Source: Flaccisagitta enflata (lineage: Eukaryota). From it: DNA of 64,000 nt. The stretch lies in contig OZ231126.1 of assembly GCA_965153355.1 (NCBI GenBank), forward strand, positions 36,456,001 through 36,520,000, written 5' to 3'. Shown here piece by piece: positions 54,619-64,000 of this stretch (positions within the stretch are counted from its first letter, which is position 1; every line of letters starts with the position of its first letter). Both the position numbers and the translations under genes were made by a program. The notes under the pieces are model-generated. The model did no database searches, was not told the DNA's origin, and saw only the letters and a list, made by a program, of their open reading frames with translations.

Positions 54619-56204
54619 AACATCATTTTTCCCTCCCATTAACAGTTAAATGAGGCGAAAGACGATGGCTGTAGTGAATGACTTTCAATTTTACCATTCA
54701 TCAAAACGAATTGAGGGTTTTTAAGTGAGGAGTTTGGGATTTTAACAGGTTGATCGTTTTAATTTTCCATGTTCTACCACTCGGCTAAAAAAAAAGACGC
54801 ACCTGATAGATAAAACATGTTTAAAAATTGATTTTAACTATTTTTAAAGTAGACATTATAAAAGATTTTCGAAAAATCTTTCAATCTGGGCCAATCCCAG
54901 CTCTGTATCTCAAACGGTTTAGAAGCTAGAGCCCTAACAAAGAGAAGCACTAATTTGCTAAAATGTATATTTATATAGGGATTGCAAACCTGAAATGAGC
55001 AATGTTTTCATTCAAAACAAAGCCATTTCTAAACAAAAAAAGATAGCAATACCAGATAGGCGCCAAATGAACAACAAAGACCTTTAAAAGGCTCTCAGAT
55101 GACCTAAGATTTTTATAAGTTATTCTAAGATTCATATCTAATTTTATTCATCCAAAAGTGCGTCTGTTTTTTAGTCGTATGGTATACTAAGTGCCTCTTC
55201 GGTTGTATGGTGGGTTCACGTATTTTTCATAGATATGTTTTCAGTGTATTGAAACGGATCAGTTGTCCTTTAAATCATAGAAAAAAAAAACGAATGGACG
55301 GAAGGGCGGGAAAACGGAAGGACAGAAGGACAGGCGGACAGACGGACAGATAGAGGGATTGATGGAGGGATGGATGAAGGGATGGATATACAGACGGACG
55401 GACAGTCATACAGATAAACAGACCAATGCATGGATGGACGGACGGGCAGACAGCCGGATGGACTAAGTACCACATACTACACATACCACTAGTTTACCTA
55501 TACGCATTTTTATCCGCCACCTCTACCGGAAGTGACAGATGAGACGCAAAAACGTATTTGGCGCCAAAATGAGTTTCCCTTTGGCGTTTTTCAGGTTTAT
55601 CACTTGGCAATGAAGGAGTAGTAAGATTTAGGAAATTCATAGTGGATTTTCTGTGATCATTTTGAAAATTTCATAAAAAAATTTCCAGAACTTTGTTACT
55701 GGCATAAAAAGATTATTTTCACTTCTTATTTCTATTTTTTCTATATTTTCATCAGTTTTCTTATTCATATTTCATGATTCACTTTTCATTTTTTACTTTT
55801 TAATTTTCATTTTTCACTGTTCACTGTTCACTTTTGACTTTTTACTTTTGACTTTTTTTTTTACTTCTTATTTTTCACTTTTTATTTATTTATTTTTTTA
55901 TGTTTTATGTTTCATTATTTGTTTTTTCATTTTTATATTTCACTCATTACCTTTTATTAATTTTTAGTTGCGTGCTACGCGACTCTACACTCCGCTTTGT
56001 CAGTCCGTCACACTTTACTTGTTTCAGGTTTTTGGGTTTTTTAGCCTCACCGCTCCTGCCCAAATGACCTGGTGACCTCAACTACGGCCCCTGCCCACCC
56101 GCACGCAACTGGGCTACCCGTGTATCCGGCCTTGTTTTCTTTCCAATGTACCATACTTTTAAAAAATCTGTTGTCTTTTTTTTTTTATGTCTTTAATTTA
56201 TATT

Positions 56205-56530
56205 CAGGCCTGTATATTCTTGAGTTTTCCCCCCCCCCCGGTGGGGGGGGAGAAAAAATCAAAGGGTCTGGAGATGGGGAAGGAAATCTAAGGGGGAAAA
56301 AAGAGAAAAAAAGGAAATTTGGGGAAAATATATCTTTTTACAGTACCAAATCATAAAACTCAATCAGTAGAACACAATTTAACACTATTTAAACCTTAAC
56401 TACATAGTTTTATTGCTATATGGGGAAGAAAATCATGGATATAAAAACGCGATGCGACGCGTCGCGGGGAAGAAAATCAAAGGCAGGGGGGGGAAAAAAA
56501 TCAAAAGCGACTCAAGAATATACACCCCTG
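56205..56530 (+). mobile_element. hAT MITE, 8-bp TSD TTTATATT
   Basis: TIR CAGG(CC/GG)TGTATATTCTTGAGT; related end at about 2260-2314. Confidence 0.9.
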
Positions 56531-56743
56531 TTTATATTTAATGTTTTTACTCATATTTTGTTAATCAAATTCTTTGAAATTATTTCATTAACTATATTTC
56601 ATAATTATTTATATTTTTCACCAGTTGATTTATTTTGATAAAATAGAAAATAAAGTAAAATAAATGATCGATGATTCTCCCTCATGCTTGTATTAGGATT
56701 GTGTCATTTCAAAAGAAATGCTGGAATGAGTCTGTTTGTGAGT

Positions 56744-56828
<85 letters not shown>

Positions 56829-57132
56829 ACAACAAAGAAAGAATATCAAAGGACCCATAGACGAGAGTGAGTGGCAAGAAACAAGGCCGGATACACGGCA
56901 ATCCAGTCGCGGACGGGTGGGCAGGAACAGTAATGTGAAAACAGCTCGAAATTCAGAAATGTGACGTACCAACGGACTGACCAACCTTCCGACCTACCGA
57001 CCTACCGACTGACACGGCAAGGTGTAGAGTCGCGTGTCCGCGACTAAAAATCAAATGGCCAATCATATTTTTATGAATTGACCTTTACTAATTGTCCCTT
57101 ATTCTGTTCAAGTCTTGATCTTGGTCTAGGTG

Positions 57133-57492
<360 letters not shown>

Positions 57493-60277
57493 GTAACAAA
57501 ACAGAGATATCATGTCGATGGCTATGCTCTTAATGATCTTAATCCATAACTAGAAAATAGGAACAAAATTTCTATTTTCTTTTCTTATATTGACAAAAAG
57601 CAAAGGAGAACATTTGAATGAAACAAGGCCGGATACACGGCTACCTTAGTCGCGTGCGGGTGGGCAGGGGCAGTATTTGAGTTACTAAAGCACTTGGGCA
57701 AGTGCAGTGAGGCCAAAGACCGCAAAAACCAACCAACCAACCAACCGACCGACCAACCAACTGATGGACGGACAAAGCGGGGTGTAGTGTCGCGTAGCAC
57801 GCGACTAAAAACACCACCATTCTTTGCTCAAGTATTTTCCTAAAGAGTCAACGATGCATCACAGGCACTGGGAAACTCATTTCATCTTAAAAAATAGTAG
57901 TAATTGTAATACTACAAAAAAACGTTAAAACGCGTTTTTTAGGCTAAAAACTCCACTTATACGCAACCCACTATGCATATTATCTCAATTATACTTCCGT
58001 TATATGCCACTAGATGATTTTGTTTGAAACTCCAAACTCTACATACCACATACTAGTTGTTCAGTTGACGCATCTAAAAATCGCAGTTATCAACGGTTGT
58101 AACTTAGAAGAATTAACGGATTTTGAAGTCGGTCTGCGCTTAATTTGGATCAGCATAATTCATATTATGACATCATGAACCATATCTTGACACTCGTTCC
58201 ATCACTTATTTGCACCGTTTTTTTCTATGAAATTATCCATTCTTAAAAAAAAATCTGTTTTGAAATGTGCCATGTGAGCCCATTCATACTATATTAGAGA
58301 ATCAGTCCTCAAATTGCATGCTTGGTACAGTAAAATGGTCTTAATATTGCAAAATTTTCATGGAAAATCTTAGAAAACAGTGAGAATTGTTTTAAAGAGG
58401 TATCTTTACTGCGTTATTACCGACACGGTTTTTTTAATATGATCAAATTTTTTTTTGAGGGGCTGTTCATATCTATCTGATACTAATATAAAACTTTTTT
58501 ACCACATCATTTTTAGCATTTTGGATGTTTTTATCCGGTTCCTTTTAAAAAATGTCAGCTGACAATTGAATTTCCTAAAAGAGGATATTTTATTTTAAAA
58601 AATTCATTTGGTGCACTTCCTATTGGTGTAAAGCCATGAAATTTGAATGGTAGTCAAAGGAAGCACTAAACCTTTAGCAATCAAAATTTTGTAACATTCG
58701 GTTGATTTAAAGTATCAATTTTGTGAGTTTTTCTATTCCAAATTATAAAATTTGAAATCTTTGAAAAAAACATTTTTCATCCCCTAAATAACAAATCTTG
58801 AACATAGATGAATTTTTTGCATTTTTAAAAACATCAGACCCGAGATAATGTAATTTACTATCGTCTGATGTTTTTGGTTTTTCCAATTTTTCAATTTCTA
58901 TGCAAATTTGTTATTTAGGGTGCACCTATGTCAGATTCAACGGAAATGTAAAAAAAACAATTTTTTGTTTAAAGTTTAAAATGGGGCACTTCCTGTTAAG
59001 GAAAAGTCATGAAATTTTTATGGAAGTTAAATGAAGCACCAAACCACCTGCATGTCAATTTTCATTATGATCAGACAATTTTTAGTATCTATTTCAAAAA
59101 TTTTTTAATATCAATTTATGAAATTTGTAAAATTGGTCATTTTAAAGGAAAACTCACTTTCTTTTTTGTTTGATGAGATTTTGCATTAATTTTTTCTGTT
59201 AACTACCCCAAGTGACATGTACTATCAGGTGAATCATTTATTTTTGGTAAAAACAATGAGAATTTTTTTGCTCCTAGCGAAACTGTAGTGTCACGATAAT
59301 TTTCATTGTGTCTTATGGTCGTTTATGTGATGTTCATTTTGGGTCATTTTCATTCATTTTCGGTCATATTCGCACTTAAGATTCAGTAGGCAGACGATCA
59401 AAATGATTAAATAATGTTGCCCACGCGTAGGTTCGAATTGCAAGTCCACGCATACATAACATTGCGTTCTAATTGGAGAAGAAAACATGAAATGTTGAGA
59501 AACAGGAATCGGGATCTTACACTTTTAAAATTATCACCACCTTTCTCACAAGGAAAACCAATTGAATAACAACTGAATGTTTTGTTACGCACATAGACGT
59601 AACGTCGTTTGTGGCGAAAAATTTCCGGCACTTCCTTGAAAATAATAGTTGAGTACACATTCGGCATATTTCTGGTTTTAATGTTTCCTTTAGTACTTTT
59701 TTTTTGTATTGTATCACGAGAGAGTATCTTTTTGGTTTGTGGTTTGGATTTTTTTTTCCTCCCATTCGCCCTTCAAAAACTTTCATGCGCAGTTTTGATG
59801 TTTCTATTTTTTCGAGTTGGAGAGTGATCGAAAAGTAGATCAATTTCATCATGTCAGGGTCAGTGAAGATCCCCTCTCATTCTATTTATTCTTTCTCAAT
59901 TTCATTCTGTCTTGTCTTCATTCTTGTATTCTTTCTCAATTTTATTCTGTCTTGTCTTCATTCTATCTCTCTTTTATTCCTTTATTCGTTTTTATTACTT
60001 TATTTTTCTTTCTATCTCTATCTTTATCTGTCTGTCAGTGTCTTTCTGTCTGTCTTTGTCTGTCGGTTTCTTTGTCTCTGTCTTTCTTTCTTTCTCTGTC
60101 TATCTTTGTAAGTCTCTCTGTCTGCCTGTCTGTCTGTTTCCACCTGTCTCTCTTTGTCGGTCTGTCTTTGTCCATCTGTGCCTCTGTATCTCTGTCTCCC
60201 TGTGTGTCTCTCACTTGCTCGATTGTATCGTCCGATCTGAAATTGAAATTTGTTGCGTCAAACTAAAGGTGGGAGAG

Positions 60278-60378
<101 letters not shown>

Positions 60379-60982
60379 AGCTTGGTCGGTCGGATTACTT
60401 ACAAGTACATAATTGAACCGCAACCCAGATATCTGTTCATCTGCTCATCTTTTAATTGATCGTTAAGAAAAACAAGGGTTGCTCTTCATCATGCTCTTTA
60501 TCGACGGTTCCCTTTCATATGATCTCCGACCAGCAGCTTGTATCATTTTCATTGATCCTTGTCTATTTAATGCTAGCTATTTAAAAAAAATGCTAGCTAT
60601 AAAGTAGCTTCCACGTTCGAGGGGATGTTCGGGTACACTTTTCATTTTTTATAAGAACCTAGTTTACAAGAACATCAAGCCTTGAAATTGCTTGAAAATT
60701 AAGAACATTGTAGTTATTTCACTAGTAGGTATCTCTATCTCTTTTGAAGGCTTCAGAAAAAAAAGACGTTCTTATAAAAAATAAAAAGTGTATCTGAAGG
60801 CTCAGGAGGCCCATCTCAAACATGCATACCTAAACGTAATTACCCTTCGATATCGTTGAATTGGAAGCGCGCTTACATAAAGTTATATTTGAGATTTTCA
60901 TTTCAATGCAACATCGCATCTCTTTGAAAAGGTGTGTCTTTCCGTCAGTCCGTTACGCCTCTTCGAAAAGTAAGCGGAAAAC

Positions 60983-62868
60983 GGGTACGGTCTAGTAGGC
61001 CTAAGATACTTAGTCCTAGGGTTTTACAGTCCTAGGGTCTAACTGTCCTAAGGTCTAGTAGTCCTAGAGTCTATCAGTACTAGGGTTTACTAGTCCTAAT
61101 AACAAGGTTGACTAGTCCTAAAGGGAATAAATAAGGAGGGTCTGATAGTCCTAAAGTAAAGGTTTTTCAGTACTAAGGTCCAGTAGTCCTAGGGTCGACT
61201 AGTCCTAAGGGAGGAGGTCTACTAGTCCTAACTGATAGCTGATATACACCCACGTGGTTGAGTGATCCCAGGGCAAGCCCGTCCCTTTTTGAAAAGGGTC
61301 TAGTAGTCCTAAAGCAAATGCAACTCTTTATATTTAGGACTAGTAGACCCTGTCACAGGGTTTACTAGTCCAAAAAAAGTAAAAGGCAAATCAAGTATTT
61401 AGGACTAGTAGACCCTGTCACAGGGTTTACTAGTCCTAAATTAAAGAGTATCTGCTTGAGAGTTGATCACATTATTAGGACTAATAGACCTTGGCTAAGG
61501 GTTTATTAGTCCTAATCAAAAAAGGACAAATCAAGCATTTAGGACTAGTAGACCCTGTAACAAGGTTTACTAGTCCTAAAAAGTCAATGGACAAAACAAT
61601 ATAGGTGTATATATCGTGCCAATATCATTGGTCCAACTTCTTGAAAATGAATGAATATTATATGAATTAATTAAATAGATACACGTATAGTGTTTTATCC
61701 ATTGACTGAAAATTGAAGATATCCTGCTTGTAAATCTATCTCATTATTAGGATTAATAGACCCTGGCTAAGGGTTTGTTAATCCTACTCAAGAAAGGGCA
61801 GATCAAATATTTAGGTCTAGTAGACCCTGTGACAGGGTTTACTAGTCCTAAATAAGAAAGGGAAAAATCAAATATTTAAGACTAGTAGACCCTGTCACAG
61901 GGTTTACTAGTCCTAAATAAGTAAAAAGCAAATCAAGTATTTAGGACTAGTAGACCTTGTTACAGGGTTTACTAGTCCTAAATTTAAGATTTTGTACTTG
62001 TAAGTCAATCTCATTTTTAGGACTAGTAGACCCTAGTTATTGGTTTGTTAGTCCTAATTAAAAAAGGGTGACTCAAATATTAAAGACTAGTACACTCTGT
62101 TTCAGGGTTTACTACTCCTAAACAATCAATGAACAAAATATTAAGTATGTATATCATACTATTACATCAGATCTAAATTCTTGAAAATCAACAAATTATC
62201 ATATGCAATGATTAATGGTTGAGATTACAGTTGGCTGTAAACTGATAAATCAAAATGTTAATGCAGGCTATAACTAACAACTGGATGTGCTTACATTACA
62301 GTTAGCTTTAACACTTTTTATAAAATTACAGTACGCTGTAATTCAAATCCCCGGTTTTTTCATACATTATCTTATTCTTTTTCAAGAAATAAAATCAAAG
62401 CTAATGTTATGATAAATACATCTATAATGTTCTGTCCATTGACTGTAAATTGAAGATTTGGTTATTAGGACTAGTAGGCCTTTTTTAGGACTTACCATGT
62501 CAGTTATTCAACTAGATATTTGATGTCATCGTTTTTCTTTAGGACTAGTAAACCCTTGCACAACAAATATTCAGTGTCAGCCAGCATAACTTTTACCTTT
62601 AGGACTATAAAACCCTCCTCTTAGGACTAGAGGACCCACTCATTTGTTTAGGACTAGTAGACCTTAGAACTAATAGACCCTTTATCCTAGTTGCTTTTAG
62701 GACTTATAGACCCCAATCTTAGGACTATCTGACCCTCCTATGTCAAGTGCTGTAGGACTAGTAAACCCTAGGACTAAAAAACCTTAGGACTAATTAATCT
62801 TAGGACTAGTAGACCCTAGGACTAACGGGTCTTAGTACCAAGTATCTTAGGACTAATAGGAGGTTCCC
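60983..62868. mobile_element. Foldback-type (Mutator/FB-like) element with modular arms and internal hairpin array
   Basis: TSD CGGAAAAC(G); TIR GGG(T/A)AC...CCTAAGATACTT; arms made of the GGTCTACTAGTCCTA module. Confidence 0.8.
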
Positions 62869-63533
62869 CGGAAAACGCATCGAGATTCTCGATCCTGATC
62901 GGGCCTCTTCTACCTTCCATAGAGAGTATTAGATCAAAGTTTATTGTCTGTTGGTCGTTGGTTGGTTGGTTAGTCGGTAACGCAAACGTTTGACAATCCA
63001 CACGACGCACCTATTGGCCTACTTGGCCTGGTTTAGTAGCGTGCCACGCATCTTTATAAGCCACTTTTTGGTTGGTCCATCAGTCGGTGGGTCTGTCTAT
63101 CGTTCCTATTTGTCATTTCTTCGCATTTTGGGCGTGGCCGCTTCTGCCAAAGTGCCTAAATAGCCCCCTAAATTACTGCCCCTGTCCACCTAGCACCTGC
63201 ACGCGACTAAGGTTACTCTGTATCCGGCCTTTTTTTCTACTTCGCGCTCGCTTGCCACTGAATACATATTGATCGTACTTACGTAATATGTATCCATTTA
63301 TGCGTTACCAAAGGTTTCAGAGACCAGTGCCCCTGTGGCTCGGCCCTGACTGCCCCTGACCGCCCCTGACCATCATCTAACCCATCTAACGTCAAATCAC
63401 CGGTGTTCTTCTTTCTGTTTACGTCTTTACAAAAATTCTGAAGATGTCGTTTGTACGAGAAATGTCTCATTTCCAAAAGAGCATCGGTTGACGGGGTCTA
63501 AACTCGACTCTTCTTTGACAAAGAACCTTGTTT

Positions 63534-64000
<467 letters not shown>

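Noticed and set aside
61335-62120. CRISPR array (palindromic repeats with spacers)
   Set aside because: Spacers are homologous to each other and recur in a higher-order pattern; no cas genes; eukaryotic context; enclosed by TIRs and a TSD

Overview
Repeat-rich animal (invertebrate-like) genomic DNA with two spliced genes on the minus strand, reconstructed by hand from GT-AG sites with consistent reading phase. (1) A complete doublecortin-like kinase (DCLK3-like; 18 coding exons, 49172->22042, about 1223 aa, two DCX domains plus a CAMK-type kinase). (2) A KIAA2012-like gene (11 exons, 17008->2424) that probably continues past the left edge. The window opens with the end of a 150-bp tandem array of tRNA-Pro(CGG) genes and pseudogenes. 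A 5'-truncated Penelope-like reverse transcriptase with no C-terminal endonuclease lies in one intron. The rest is microsatellites and many non-autonomous transposons, often nested: Helentron/DINE-like elements, Mutator-like MITEs with 9-bp TSDs, hAT MITEs with 8-bp TSDs, TA-flanked Tc1/mariner-like MITEs, and elements with 4-bp TSDs. The most unusual structure is a 1.9-kb foldback element (60983-62868) with ten regularly spaced 39-bp hairpins showing paired changes in both arms. It resembles a CRISPR array but is not one. Family assignments come from recalled motifs, not database searches, and coordinates were counted by eye.
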